Assembly (NCBI GenBank): GCA_043228905.1
Contig: JBHGNT010000022.1
Coordinates: 2,418,001 to 2,482,000, forward strand
DNA length: 64,000 nucleotides
Direction: 5' to 3'
From: Azolla caroliniana
Taxonomy: Eukaryota; Plantae; Polypodiophyta
Under the pieces are notes generated by a model. The model had not been told where the DNA came from. It did no database searches and worked only from the letters and a program-made list of their open reading frames with translations. Below are positions 11,085 to 25,000 of the stretch, one piece after another (the first letter of the stretch is position 1; every line of letters starts with the position of its first letter). Made by a program: the position numbers and the translations under genes.

Positions 11085-14000
11085 TCACTCCGGCATGGGA
11101 TGTCTTACTAGTCTGATCCTCTTCTGGCATGCATCTAGCTTGTCGGGTATCAGTACTTTGGTCAGCATATCTGACCCGTTCTCGGTCGTGTGGATCTTCG
11201 ACACGCGAACTCCTGGTCATCTACTCTTTCTCGGATCCAGTGATACCTTCACTGGATATGCTTCGTCCGGGAATGGTAGGCCGCATTCTTAGCAAGGTGG
11301 ATGGCACTTTGACTGTCGCAATAGAGCTGGTATTCATCTTGCCGGATCCCGAGCTCTCCAATGAAGTCCTTCATCCATAATATTTCCTTGCCGGCTTCCA
11401 CAACCGCCATGTACTCCGCTTCCGTGGTTGACAACGCAACCATCTTCTGCAGCCTCGACTGCCACAAAACAGCTCCCCTTGCATATGTCATTACATACCT
11501 GGATGTAGACCGGCTGGTATCCACATCAGCCGACATGTCCGAATCGGTAAAACCGTCAAGTTGCGGTGTTCCGGAGCCGAATCAAAGACACATGTTCGAA
11601 GTGCCCTTCAAGTACCGGAGTATCTATTTGACCGCGTTCCAGTGCTCCTTGCCGGGATTGCTCATAAACCGGCTCACCAGTCCGACTACATATCCTATAT
11701 CCGGTCGGTTACACACCATTTCGTACATTAAGCTCCCAACGACAGAGGCATATGGAACCTTCATCATATCAGCCTTCTCTGCTTTCGTCTTCCAGCTTTG
11801 CTTACCGGATAATCTGCAGTTTTCCGGGAGTGTCGATCCGACCGGTTTTGCTTCTAACATGTTAAACCGTTGAAGCACCTTTGTCACGTACTTCTCCTGT
11901 GACAACGATAATTGCTTCGTTAGCTGGTTCCGGATGATATGCATCCCTAGTATCTGTCTTGCCGGACCCAAGTCTTTCATTGCGAAAGTTCGGTTGAGAG
12001 CCTTCTTCAGCATCCGTATTCTGGCTTGGTCACGTCCGACGATCAACATGTCATCCACGTAAAAGAGGAGTAACAGGAAGTCGCCTCCTTCGAACTTCTT
12101 CACAAACACGCAGAGAACGGCCTGCGTCTTTTGGTACCCTTGATCGGTCATGAAGGAGTCGAACTTTTGGTACCATTGTCGGGGAGCCTGCTTCAGTCCG
12201 TATAGGCTCTTCTTCAACCGGCATACCAGGTGCTCCTTCCCTTTCTCCACGAATCCTTCCGGTTGTTGCATGTAGATCTCCTCTTCGTGATCACCGTGGA
12301 GAAATGTCATCTTTACGTCCAACTGCTCTACCTCGAGGTCCATGCTTGCCACTATACTCAGCACCATCCGGATGGAGGTCATCTTTACTACCGGGGCAAA
12401 TATCTCGTCGAAGTCCACGCCCTTCTTTTGCTGGAACCACTTCACCACGATCCTGGCTTTATATCTCGGGGGGTTGTCAGCATCTCCCAGTTTCAACTTG
12501 TACACCCACTTGTTTCGGAGTGGCCGCTTTCCTTTCGGCAACTCCATCAATTTGTACGTATGGTTCTCATGCAGGGAATCCATCTCATCCTGCATGCCAC
12601 TTAACCATTTGCGGCTATGGGCGTCACTTTTAGCTTCCTCGAAGCTTTCTGGATCCCCTTCATCGGTCAACAGCACATGCTCTGCATCCGGAAATCTCCG
12701 GGGGGGGCTTCTCTCTCTGAGAGGATATCTCCAGCTTTGGGCTTCGGTAACCAGCTCCTCCATTTGCTCTTCATCCGAATCTGATTCGGGGTCTTGGCCG
12801 GTTCCGGTTTCAGCTTGCTCTACTTCTTCTTCTGCCAGTTCGGTATCCTCACCGTAAACGGCTGGTTCCTCGAGTGCTAACCGGTATCTTACCAGTTGGG
12901 TCTGCTCATTGTAGAATCGATCCTTACCGGTTGACTCAGAGTTCATTATCTTCTTCTCCGACTCCCAGTCGGCTAGCGTCTTGTCCTCCATGAAGATAAT
13001 ATCTCGACTCCGGAATACCTTCTTGTCGACCGGGTACCACACTCAGTAGCCGCATTCATCGTCGCTGTACCGAGGAATATGCATGGCCGGGTCTTTGGAA
13101 CTAACTTCCCTCTCCGGTCCTTAGCTACATGCACGTACGCGAGACACCCGAACACCTTCAGTTGCCGGTAGTACACTTTCTTACCGGTCCATACTCTTTG
13201 TGGCGTGTCTTCGTCCAAGGGTACTAAGGGTTATCTGTTTATCACATATGTCGCCCAAAACTTCTTGGGTAGTTTTGCATGCGCCAACATACTCCGGACC
13301 CTCTCCATTATGGTCCGGTTCATCCTCTCGGCCAGCCCGTTTAGTTCTGGCGTCTTCGGCACGGTAAATTCGAGCCGGATTCCCTTCGAGGGACAGTACT
13401 CCTCGAACTACCCCGGTATTCACCTCCGTTTTCTGCTCGAAACGCCTTCAGCTTCCGGCCGGTTTCTCTTTCCACTCTCGCGTGAAGCTCTTTGAAGACG
13501 GATAGCACCTGATCCTTCGTCTTCAACGATGTGGCCCACAGCTTCCGGCTGTGGTGATCTATGAACGTCACGAAGTACTACGATCCTGCATGTGACTTCG
13601 TGTCCACATGACACACATCAGTATGCACCAACTCTAGTGGTGCATTACGTCTCATTGGTGGCCTTGGTCGGAAGTAGGTCTGGTTTTGCTTACCGGCTGG
13701 ACAATCAGTGCACTTCTCCAAGTGCACGTTCTTCACTGGAATTAGGTTGTCGTCTGCAAGCCTCTTCATCCCCTTCTCGCTCATGTGACACAACGTTTTG
13801 TGCCATAGCTCATCGGCAATGTCTGAAGCCATGTTTACTTCTTCTGGGCATAACCGGGCATTCATCAGGTACAACGTGTTGACCTTCCGGGCCCGAGCCA
13901 TAATCAGGGTCCCTTGGCTGAACTTCATAACACCGCTTCGGATGCTACCCGTGTAGCCTTCATCATCTAGCCAACCGGCTGATATCAGGTTCATACATCC

Positions 14001-15089
14001 TTCAGCAGCAACTTGCATCCGGTTGGTGTTGTCAGCCACACGTCTCCTATGCTGACAATTCGGCATGTACCTTCATTCCCCATCCGGACACAGCCGTGAT
14101 CACTGGCTGAGTAGGATGAGAAGAATTTCTGGTCCGGGGTAAGGTGGAACGACGCTCCAGAGTCGACCACCCAGGTCATCTCGTCGGCGGCAAGGTTTAG
14201 CTCACTCTCCTCGGTGATGAGCATCAACTCTTCTTCACTTGCCGCGATTGTCGTCGTTCTCTTCCGGTTCGTTTCCCTCCGGTTTTTACCGTTCCAGTCC
14301 GGTGTCCACTTCGAATCGGTACCATCGGTTTCCTTGTCTTTTCGGAAATGCTGACAGTTCTTCTGGAAGTGTCCCGGCTTGCCGCAGTAGAAGCAAGTAG
14401 GCCTCCCCCTTGACTTTGACCGTGTCCCAAACTTTTCCCGGTTCTGGGGACTACGGTTCCTTTTTCTTCCGCGTTCGGATTCGGTAAGGAGCGCTTTGGA
14501 GTCGAAGTTGGTATCCTTATCTTTTTTCCACGCGCCTCCTCATCTAGCAAGCTCGACTTCACTCTTGTTAGGGATAACCATTTCCCTTCCGGCCCAGCGT
14601 TGCCCAAGGTGACAACCAACGTCTCCCAGCTATCTGGGAGGGAACCGAGCAGGAGTAGTGCTAGTACCTCATCGGCAAGAGGTACTTCCAATGATGTTGC
14701 CTGGTGGATCAACCCCTGGAAGGCATTCATGTGCTCCGCCATGCTGGAGCCATCTTGGTACCGGAGTCTTACTAGCTTCCGGAATACCGAAACCTGATTA
14801 AGAGCATTTTTGTTTGAAACATAATGCTGATCTTCTCCCAGAGCTCATGAGCCTTGCTCTCTTCATTGAAGTTGTTGTATAGACTCATGTCGATGAAGCA
14901 CCGTATGTAAGCCATTTTCTTCATGTGTATCACCTCCCATATCGCGGGGTCAATTTTGTCCGGTCTCTTCTCCCCGAACTGAACCGGAAACCACAGATCT
15001 TTGACCACGAGCATGTCCCTCATCTTCGACTTCGACACGGAATAGTTGGAGCCGATGAGCTTGAACATGCCTCGCAACGATTCGTCCAT
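11085..15089 (-). pseudogene. pol: gag-pol of copia B2 with frameshifts and stops
   Basis: WVVDSGASFH protease, integrase fragments, RT YVDD (ORF 11624-13042) and RNase H (ORF 11249-11536). Confidence 0.92.
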
Positions 15090-15899
15090 TTTCTGTGTCG
15101 TTTTGCTTTGATACCACTTTGACAGGAATGCATGCTCCCTTTCCACAACACTCAGCCACAATCGAGTCTAAAATCGAACACAGAAAACAGATAATGAACG
15201 CACGACACAAAGGAGAGAAGAGTACACAGGATGTTTAACGTGGAAAACCCTGAGAGGGAAAAACCACGGCAGCCCACAGGCTGCAAACTATCACTATATC
15301 ACAATGATTACAACAGTGAGCTCACGGAGGCAACGACTTAGTGCTCACGATCTTCGCCACAGGCAGCGGTTACAATAGAGGCAACGACCTCTTCCTCTCT
15401 CTCTCTCTCTCTCTCTGTGTACACTGTTACGCGCTCTCTAGTCTTGCACCAACAAGAATGACAACACATTAATACAAAGTTTGCCCTAAGTCATATTTAT
15501 ACTAAAATGACTTTTCGGCTATTTACAAATATAGCCCTGATGGACTCTTAGAAACATATTTACGAATATGTCGCTTCATCCGTCGAGCACTCCTCACCGG
15601 GCCTACATCATCCGGCGCTTGCCGGGCACACGTCATCCGGTTCTCACCGGGTCTTCCGTTGCCGGGTACTCCACATCCGGTTCTCACCTGGTCTTCAGCA
15701 TCCGGCTCTTGCCAGGTACTCGTCATCCGGTTCTCACCGAGTCTTCCGTTGCCGGGTACTGCACATCCGGTTCTCACCGGGTCTTCACCATCCGGCTCAT
15801 GTCGGGGACTCCACATCCGGTTTCGGCCGAGGCCGAGTTTGCTCATCAGTACTATTCTTCTCACTTCCCATCCGGAGGGACTTGTTTCCTAACAATACC

Positions 15900-18630
15900 C
15901 AGCATGTAATGCTGTTGGCTGATCAGTATGCCTTCGGGGGTACGGATCACTTAGATCCCGAGGAAGTAATGAAGGTCCCCCCGGTCCTTCATGTTAAATG
16001 ATGTCACGAGTTGGAGCTTTACGCGATCAACTTCACCTAGGTCAGCGTCGGTGATGACCAAGTCATTAGCATAACGTAAAATACAAACCAACCTGAGTCG
16101 ACCTTGCCAAATGAACCGGTAAGAGTCTGATTTGGATGTCGCAAATCTCATCCGATGCAATCGTTGCGTGATTTTCGCGTTCCAAGCACGCGGGGCTTGC
16201 TTTAGTCCGTATAGGGATTTCTTCAACCGGCAGACCGCCAAAGTGTTCATTCCGGAGTGAAGTCTGAGGCGTTTTACCATATACACCTGTTCCTCAAGCT
16301 TTCCTTACCAGAACGCATTCATGACATCCATCTAATGTAAATGCCACCCCTTCGCTGCAGCTACCACACGCAAAACATGGACGGTCGTCATCTTTGCGAT
16401 TGGCGGAAACATCTCATCGTAGTCGATGTCGTGTTGCTGCGTGTAGCCTTTCGCTACTAACCGGGCCTTGTATTGGTTGACCGAGCCATCGGTGTTATGC
16501 TTGACCTTGTACACCCACCTACATCCGATCGGCTTCACACCCTTCGATGCGTCAACTAGGTCCCAGGTTTCATTCTCCGCCAATGTGCAGATCTCTTCCT
16601 CCATTTCGGCAAGCCAATTTGCATCCTTCGCCGCTTCTGCGTAGCTCTCTGGCTCACGCAGTTCCGCTACACTCGTCATGTACGTAGAATGATGCACCAT
16701 GTACTCGTTGTAACTGAACCGCACAATAGGGTTCTTCTGGCAAGTAGATCGGCGTAATTGCTCATTTGCCGACGTTGAGGCTCTCATGGCTGACGCGGAC
16801 TTCACTCTCAAAGGCCCATCATCGCTCTTCTCAGAGTCGGATTCGCGTCGATCCGACTCGCCCTTATCCATGTCGTACTCCGACATCTTCTTCTTCCCTT
16901 TTTCCTTGCGCGTAAACCGTTTCCTCGGCTTCCTGCGCGAGGAATGCACGACCGAGTTTCCACTACTTGTCGGCTCTTCTTTGGACTGCTCAAACCAACC
17001 CAGTCGCTCGTTCAGTCCACTTAGGCAAAATGAAATCAAACTCTCATCGAGGGTCTTGATTTCACGGTCATCCGGAGGCATTTCAGCCTCGCTAACCTCA
17101 TTGTCAAAACTCGGGTACGAAGATCCGGAGTTGGAGTTGAGGTCCGGAGTTGGAGGGATGTACCAGGACGCGGACTCATCAAACACAACATCGCGGCTCA
17201 TGCGAGCTTGTTTGGTTCGGGGGTTATAACACTTATAACCCTTTTGTTCATCCGAATAGCCGACCAAGATACACTTCTCGGCTTTCACATCCAACTTGCT
17301 CCATTTCTCCTTCGGCACATGCACATACGCAATGGTACCAAAAACTCTCAAGTGTCATAGATTCGGCTTTCTTCCAAAATACAGCTCATGTGCCAACACT
17401 TTGTCTCCGATCCAATTCTGGATGTATACTGCAGTTCGTACCACTTCGGCCCAATAGAACTTGGGCAGGCTCTTTTCTTCTAGCATTTCCCGTGCCACTT
17501 CCACAACCGACGGATTCTTCCTTTCGGTTACGCCATTTTGCTCCGACGTATACCTACAACTGAATTCGCGCCGAATTCCCATTTGTTGCAAATAACTATT
17601 GAATTGGCCGGAAAAGTACTCTTTTCTGCCATCTAACCGCAGGCACTTGATCTTTCTCCCTGTTTCCCTTTCTACGAAGCTTTTGAGGTCCTGGAAACAG
17701 TCGAAGACTTCACTCTTCTTTTCAATGAGATAGATCCATGTGTGTCATGTGTAGTCGTCGATGAAGGAGACAAAATATCAACTCCTGCCAAGACTAACAT
17801 TCTGTGCCGACCCCCATACATCCAAATGTATCAAGTCGAGCTTGTTCCGGCTCCCGTTACACTCGTTGGGGAAAGGAAGTCAGTGTTGCTTCCCTAGATG
17901 GCAGGCTGTACAAATTTGGGTCTTCTGGCCACTGAATTTGGTCAATCCAAACACAACTTGTTTCGATTGCAAGTCCTACAGCCTTGGATAGTTGATGTGG
18001 CCTATCCGCTTGTGCCACAAGTTGATATCCGACACGACTTTTTGTTCTTTTGCGAACATTGCGGTGCCCACGTCTTTGGTGTTGAGGATAAACATCCTCC
18101 CGTCTTTGCGCCCTTGCACAATAACTTGGCCTTCCTCCTCGATGAAGCACCCGAGATGCATGAACCAGACTTGCATCCCCTAGTCGACGATTTGCCCGAC
18201 CAACGCCAGATTCTTTGTGATTATCGGGACGTGTAACATGTTCACGAGTTTCCCTTTTTACCCGACATAGCTCAAGGGAACTTCACCGACATTCTTGATC
18301 GGATGCGGAGTGTCGTCTCTTGTTGCGACTACTCCTGGTTGCATTGGTTTCTCAAGGTATGAGAACCACTCCTTATGGCTCGTCATGTGGTTTGACGCGC
18401 CGGAGTCAACGTACCACACCTCGTCCGATTTCTAGGTGGTCTTCTTCATCGAGTTCGCCTCGTATCTCATCACAAAGGCTGCCCCCTTTCCAACTTTTTC
18501 AGATCCTTCAGCATAGTGCGATCGCTGCCGATTTCCTTTGTCGGTTTGTCCGGATTCGGATCCGGTTTTCTCCGAATCAGCGCGCTTCTTCCAACACTCA
18601 CTCTCCTTGTGGCCTTTCTTGCCACAGTAA
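15900..18630 (-). pseudogene. pol: Copia B1 pol segment (PR, integrase, RT)
   Basis: ORFs 17976-18176, 17355-17591, 16332-17351 and 15951-16286 (LKKSLYGLKQAPRAW). Confidence 0.9.
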
Positions 18631-19015
18631 TGTTGGCCGGTCAAAAGAGCAAGGACAAGTGGGAAGGCGGAATCGGATCGGATAATAGGAAGTAATAGTA
18701 GAATTATTATTCGGAGGGACGGATTCGGTACAGTTGTACCGATCCGGATCCGAACCGATTCGGATGTCGGTTGCCTAAGCGCACCGATTGTAACCTTGCC
18801 GGATGCCTATAAAAGGATCCGATGATTTGTAAAGTGTTTTGACGGAAGTAATACAATAGTAATTATTGTGTATTTATCTGTATCTCGTATTATTGCCGTC
18901 CGTGCTTAATTGTAATCATCTTATGCGTGTAACCTAGCATCCAATCCTTACCACCCCTTTGGAGAAGTGTCGGGTAGACACCTGTGTTGAGGCTAGTCCG
19001 GCCAGACAGACAACA
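18631..19015 (+). repeat. 5' LTR of Athila-like copy 2
   Basis: TGTTG...CAACA termini; TATAAAA at ~18808. Confidence 0.95.
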
Positions 19016-19021
19016 CTATTT

Positions 19022-19033
19022 TGGCGACCACGA
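19022..19033 (+). promoter_or_regulatory. Primer-binding site, probably tRNA-Arg
   Basis: TGGCGACCACGA is complementary to a tRNA ending ...CGUGGUCGCCA. Near-identical PBSs occur at ~30689 and ~42744. Confidence 0.7.
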
Positions 19034-19067
19034 TTCCTGCAAAGTGCAGAGGACAACCGGGGGATGG

Positions 19068-21005
19068 ATGTCTAGACCAAACGACGACCACATCACCGAA
19101 CGAGGGAGACGATACACCGAACGCGAGCAACGACGGGAAGCCCTGCAGCAAGCCGTCGACGAGATCCGGCGGGATCGGTCATTCTCCAAAACTCTTCGGA
19201 GAGTCGCAGAAGAAGCACTGCAGTTCCGGGTTCTGAAAATCCCCGACGAAGGCAGTAGCATAACAAGCCTGCAAGAGGCGGAAACGATACTGCAGCCGCT
19301 CGCCGCGGGCGACGGGGACTCGGAAGCATTCGCAACACTTGAGGCGGAGTCGGAAAGCGACGGAAGCGTTGCATCCCGGTATAAAAGCAGCCACGACACA
19401 CCAAACGACCGGGAGGACGAGGGGTCGGAAGACTCAGTAACGCCGGCGCCAGAGGAAGAAATAACCCTGGAATTCGGTGACCGGCAACCGCCGAGGAAGG
19501 CTGACCGGATACCGACAACAACCGCGAGGGAACCGAAGGAGCGGATACCGACAACACCCGCGGAGGAACCAACGGACCGGACACCGGCAACACCCGCGGA
19601 GGAACCAAAGGCTTTCACACCAATGCCAACAGCGGACAGAGAACGGAGGGAACAGGAGAGTCAGTTGGACGACACGATGCCGTACCCATACCCAAAGTAC
19701 CGGGATGAGGCCGACGCGGAGGCACACGTGTACGCATTCCTCCCAACATGGGAAGCCAACCATATCTCCCAAAGACTGACGGAGCCCGAAGCCGAACGAT
19801 CCAAAATCGCCGAATTCGGCATAACCTTAGAAGGACCGGCGGCCCAATGGCACGCAAAGCACTTACCAGGCACTTTTGCCACATTCGATGCCTTGAAGGC
19901 CAGATTCCTCAGGTTTTTTCACAGACAATTTGAGCAAAGGGAATTGGTCGGGCAGTTCTACACCACTCGGCAGGAAGAGAACGAGACTATGCCACAATTC
20001 ATCATTCGGTTCCAGACCCTGCACAGCCAACTGATAAGAGCACCACCCGAAGACGAAGCCAAAGTAGTCTTTTTGGCCGCACTGAAAGAGCCACTTCGAA
20101 CAATGTGCGGAGTCCTTGATTTCCAAACCAGCACAATGGACCAAGTTATTGATCGGGTTTTAGAAATGGACAAGACTAGCCCCTTCTTGTCGATGGGGAT
20201 GTTACACCGGGCACTCCCAAAAGAGGAAGACCTGAGGTTCCGACAGGCCTTACAATGTACGACATGCCTAAATTCGGGGCACTCAATAGTAGACTGCACC
20301 CTGCGGACACAATGCGTGATCTGCAACTCTCGAGCCCATACAACGGACCGATGCGAATACAACCTGTTAAATCGGCAGGCAGCACCGGTTCGACACATAG
20401 AACCGCGCAATCAGAACCCGGACGAGGATCGATTCCGGAGAGACGACCGCTACCAACGCGAACGCGGTAACAGATACGCTGATAGAAGACGCGACAACTA
20501 TGACCGAGAGGAGAGACGCAGAGATAGCTACCCCCGGGACTGGTACGACAGAGACGAATCCCCGGAAGACGACAGACACGGAGAAGAGAGGCGACAAGGA
20601 TACGCTGATAGAAGACGGGACAACTATGACCGAGAGGAGAGACGCAAAGAAAGCTACCCCCGGGACCGGTACGACCGAGACGGAGCCCCGGAATACGACC
20701 GACGCGGAGAAGAGAGGCGACAGGGGAACCGAAATTTCCGACGGAATCAGAAGCGTGGATTTTTCCGAAGAGAGGAACGTCGGGAGGCAGCAAGGAATGA
20801 CAACCCGGTATCCGTACCGGATAACCGAAAAACCGAAGACGACCGCCGGGGCATACCCACCCTCCAAACCGGGGACAAAGGAGAAAGAGCAACAGTCACA
20901 AGGTGTACTGTTATTACTGCCGCAAGGAAGGCCACTATAGTAACCAATGCCCAAGCAAAAGCTATGACAAGCAGCCGGAAGTTAACATGGTTACAGCCGA
21001 AATAA
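19068..21005 (+). CDS. gag: Gag (capsid region, two CCHC knuckles, RD/RE-rich repeats)
   Basis: ORF 18984-21005 with ATG at 19068; CTTCLNSGHSIVDC and CVICNSRAHTTDRC. Confidence 0.88.
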   Translation: MSRPNDDHITERGRRYTEREQRREALQQAVDEIRRDRSFSKTLRRVAEEALQFRVLKIPDEGSSITSLQEAETILQPLAAGDGDSEAFATLEAESESDGSVASRYKSSHDTPNDREDEGSEDSVTPAPEEEITLEFGDRQPPRKADRIPTTTAREPKERIPTTPAEEPTDRTPATPAEEPKAFTPMPTADRERREQESQLDDTMPYPYPKYRDEADAEAHVYAFLPTWEANHISQRLTEPEAERSKIAEFGITLEGPAAQWHAKHLPGTFATFDALKARFLRFFHRQFEQRELVGQFYTTRQEENETMPQFIIRFQTLHSQLIRAPPEDEAKVVFLAALKEPLRTMCGVLDFQTSTMDQVIDRVLEMDKTSPFLSMGMLHRALPKEEDLRFRQALQCTTCLNSGHSIVDCTLRTQCVICNSRAHTTDRCEYNLLNRQAAPVRHIEPRNQNPDEDRFRRDDRYQRERGNRYADRRRDNYDREERRRDSYPRDWYDRDESPEDDRHGEERRQGYADRRRDNYDREERRKESYPRDRYDRDGAPEYDRRGEERRQGNRNFRRNQKRGFFRREERREAARNDNPVSVPDNRKTEDDRRGIPTLQTGDKGERATVTRCTVITAARKATIVTNAQAKAMTSSRKLTWLQPK

Positions 21006-24000
21006 CAGAAGTACAGCAGGTCACAACCCGGTCAAAGGGAAAGACCGCCGAGTGGGAAGCCCAGGAGGCAATCAGAAAACAAGCGACACAATGGATCAAG
21101 GAGGCCAATGAACAGAATGCGGCAGAAGTAAGAGACCAAAATATGCCAAAAGACGAAGAAATCATACAGCCGGGAGAAAACCCGACGTGGCAAGCGCTAC
21201 AGGACTGTCAAATCGTGCTGCCGTTAGCACGACTACTACAGTTAGTGCCACGATTTACGGCAGACCTACAGGCATCCGTCAGCAAACCGAAGCCGACGCC
21301 AGCACCGGCATTCTTCTCCAACCCGGAGGAAGGACCAGCGGTGGTCGATACAAGTAGCCCGGCGATCACGACAATCGTGAAAGGAAAGGAAATCCCTGGA
21401 ACGATTATTGACGGAGGCTCCGGGGTAAATGTCATCAGCCAACAGACATGCAACGACCTGGGCATCCGGGAATGGGAACCATGCCCCTTCTGGTTACGCA
21501 TGGCGGATACTAGCTCAGTCCGACCGACCGGGCTTATCCGGGATTTGGAAATCACGATCGGAGGCCACGTATTCCGGATATCGGCCGTGGTGCTGCAGCT
21601 GAATGTACAAGGCGCGTACCCCCTACTGCTAGGACGACCATGGCTGCGAACGGCGCATATCAAGCAGAACTGGCAAAAGAACATGATCACATTCCGGCGA
21701 GGGAAAACAAAGGTACGAGTAACGACGCAACCACGGGTGATCACCAGTAAGGAAGCAACTCCATTGTATGCGGAAAGCATTAACATGTTGGAGGGATTAC
21801 CGGACGAGGAAGTCGAGCGGTACCTCGAGGAACACCCAGGAATCGTCCCACTATTTGAGGTGGATATCACGGCGGCAGTAGAACCGTACATTACGACGCC
21901 GGAAGAACCGAACCAAGCGGCGATCCGGGAACTCCGACAAGCGCAGGAATCCCTAGAGAGGGAAATGACGATATCCCAGAGGGTAAAAGCATCCCAACTC
22001 GAGGAGGTGGACCTCGGCACAGCAGACAAGCCCCGACCGGTAAATGTTGCAAAGGAATAACCGAAGGAAGAAAAGAAGGCAATGGTAGCATTGTTAACCG
22101 ACTTCAAGGATGTGTTCGCGTGGTCGTACGAAGACATGCGAGGGCTGAACCCCCAGCTCTATCAGCACCAAATTCACCTAAGTACGGACGCGAAACCGAT
22201 TGCTCAACGCAGATACCGGATGAATCCGAATTATGCGGCAAAGGTGAAGGAGGAAATTGATAAGCTCCTCCGGGTCGGATTTATCCGACCGGTCAAGCAG
22301 GCAACCTGGCTGAGTCCGATAGTGGTGGTCTCGAAAAAGAACGGAAAAATCCGGGTATGCGTGGACTACCGAAAACTAAATGCCGCAACAGTGACCGATG
22401 CGTTTCCACTACCATTTACGGACGGGGTGTTAGATGCGGTAGCCGGGCACGAAGTTTACAGCTTCCTGGATGGATTTAGCGGCTACAACCAAATACGAAT
22501 GAACCCGGCCGACCAAGAGAAGACAGCGTTCGTGACGGAATGGGGAGTGTTCGTCGCGGTCGTGATGATGTTCGGACTAAAGACGGCTCCAGCGACCTTT
22601 CAAAGGATAATAATGAAAATTTTCGGGGAATATATCCCCGGTTTTATGCAGGTCTTCCTTGACAATTTCGCGGTCTACAGCCGGCACGGAGAGCATCTCG
22701 ATCACCTCCGGCTGTGCTTGGAGAAGTGCCGCGAGTACCGATTGAGCCTGAATCCGGCCAAGTGCGTCTTTGGAGTGGCAAGCGGCAACTTGCTAGGGCA
22801 CGTGATGAGTAAGGAAGGAATCGCGGTAGATCCGGATAAAGTCAAGGCGATTCTTGATGCACCAGCACCAAGTAACGCAAAGGCTTTAAGCCGGTTCCTG
22901 GGCCAAATAAGGTGGCATAGCCGGATGATACGGCACCTCGCGGACTTCGCTACACCGTTACATACCGCCGTACATAGGGTACCCTTCCTATGGGCAGAGA
23001 CGGAGGAGGAAGCCTACAAAGCGTTGAAGGTCATGCTGTCGCAAGCTCCGGTGGTGCAACCGCCGGATTGGAGTAAAAGCTTTCACGTCTTCGTCGACGC
23101 GTCGGACGTAGCAATCGGCAGCGTTCTGATGCAACTCACAGAGCCGAAATGGTACCGACCGGTGTACTACGCAAGCCGGAAACTCTCAAAAGCCGAACGG
23201 AATTACTCTACGACGGAACGCGAGGCATTGGGAATGGTGTACAGTGTCACAAAGTTCAGGCACTATCTGCTCGGAAGGAAGTTTTCCTTCCATGTCGACC
23301 ATTCGGCACTACTCTACCTAGTCTCGAAGGCATCCCTGACGGGAAAAATTGCACGGTGGACACTGCTACTACAGGAATTTGAATTCGACATTTTCCACCG
23401 ACCCGGGGCGCAGCATGCGGTAGCGGACTATCTAAGCAGACTTGAATCCGGAGAAGCAGGGGACGGCGTCCAGGATGAGTTTCCCGACGCCGAATTGTTC
23501 CGGATCACGACGAAACCGGCAACGGATACAACGGTAGCCCACGAAGACACATGGCTAACTGAGATGCACCAGTTCCTGAGCACCGGAGTTCCCCCGGAGA
23601 ACATGGACCGCGATGAAAGGAAAAGGGTAGCAGTAAGAAGTAGACATTTCTGCTTGGTTGGAGACACCCTCTATCACAAGGGGGCAGATGGCATCTGGAG
23701 ACGAGCAGTGCGGAGCGATGAGAAGGATCTAATCCTCAGGGAAGCCCACTGTGGAATTGCCGGCGGGCATTATGCCGGCGACGCCACCGCTCGGAAAATA
23801 TGGCAGAGCGGGCTGTGGTGGCCGACCACCCTAAAAGATGCCGTGAGGTATACCAGAGAATGCGATTTGTGTCAACGACTGGGCCAACCCACAGAGCAGG
23901 CCCGGATGCCACACCACCCGGTCTTGCCCTTAGAACCGTTTCAAAAGTGGGGGTTGGACTTTGTCGGTCCATTCAAACCACCGGCACTACGAACCGGAAA

Positions 24001-25000
24001 TCGGTATGTCATAGTGGCGACCGACTATTGCACCAAATGGGTAGAAGCAAAGGCCTTACGGGACAACACGGCCGCTTCCACGGCAAAGTTTCTGTACGAA
24101 TGCATATGGTGCCGGTATGGATGCCCGATCGAGCTTATAAGTGACCAAGGAGGACATTTTCTCGGGCAGGTAGTAGAAAGCCTGACGTCATTTTACGCGG
24201 TGGTACATAAAAAGAGTACACCCTACTACCCTCAAGCCAATGGACTAGCGGAATCAACGAACAAAACTCTGCAGAACATCCTACGGAAAATCGTCAACGA
24301 GAACCGGACCGACTGGGATACGAAATTGCAAAGCGCGCTATGGGCGTACCGAACAATGTACAAAACCAGCATCCGGACAACCCCGTTCCGACTAGCATTC
24401 GGGTTAGAAGCGGTCATGCCGGTAGAGTTCCAGATCCCCAGCTTACGGATTCAGGTAAAGGAGCGCTTAAGTGAGAACGAGTCAGAACGAATCCGACTGG
24501 CAACGCTGTTGGAATTAGAGGAAAACCGAATAGCCAACTTACTACAACTCGAACTGGAGCAAAGGAGGAGAAAAGCCTTCGTGGACCGACACCGGCGTGG
24601 CAATGAAAAGGAGTTCGAAGTCGGGAAACCGGTGCTACTATTCCAGACAAGGATGGGGAACATGCCGGGAAAGTTGCGGTTTCGATGGACCAGACCGTTC
24701 TGGATCACCAAAGAGTACAATGGGTCGTATCAGCTCGGCACGTTGTCTGGAGATGTCATCGGCAAGTGGGCAAATGGATTTCGGCTAAAGCCGTATAAAG
24801 GAAATATGTCAGCCAACCCGTTCAAGCGAAACCCGGAAATCCGGCAAGAGGAAGAACCGACACCGACAGACGCTGCTGAAGACATTCGGACCGAGGAAGA
24901 ACCGACACCGATACTGACGAGGACCATCCCGGAAAACCGACAGAAGGATTCGGTATCCGCACGAACCGACCCGAACAAAGCGGGGGGGACCAGCAAATGA
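20903..25000 (+). pseudogene. pol: Pol: third CCHC, protease, RT, RNase H, integrase
   Basis: IIDGGSGVN protease; TAA at 22058; ORF 22082-25000 with RT FLDN (FLDD in the relative at 46290), DASD RNase H, and HHCC plus DDE integrase. Confidence 0.93.

Larger units (their letters stand above)
10314..15894 (-). mobile_element. Ty1/copia element B2 (Tork/Tnt1-like), full length but degenerate
   Basis: TSD ATACC at 10309-10313 and 15895-15899. LTRs 10314-11074 and 15120-15894. PBS (TGGTATCAAAGC) at 15105-15116, PPT at 11075-11088. Confidence 0.94.

Noticed and set aside
10701-11292. Short repetitive ORFs in copia LTRs (also 15523-15909, 34469-34693, 50765-51166)
   Set aside because: These are by-products of tandem repeats and microsatellites within LTRs, with no protein-like signature.
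20850-20905. Programmed gag/pol frameshift in the Athila-like element
   Set aside because: No slippery heptamer is evident, and in the relative at 43857-45353 gag, the third knuckle and the protease are in one frame. This is most likely a mutation.
22058-22060. Stop-codon readthrough between protease and RT
   Set aside because: The relative has a sense codon here (ORF 45387-45989 reads through), so it is treated as a nonsense mutation.
21208-22137. Long antisense ORFs opposite gag/pol and the extra ORF
   Set aside because: These are shadow frames expected from biased codon usage, with no recognisable domains.
22645-22680. Novel RT active site FLDN
   Set aside because: It is a single G>A change at a CpG relative to FLDD in the related element at ~46290, i.e. 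an inactivating mutation.
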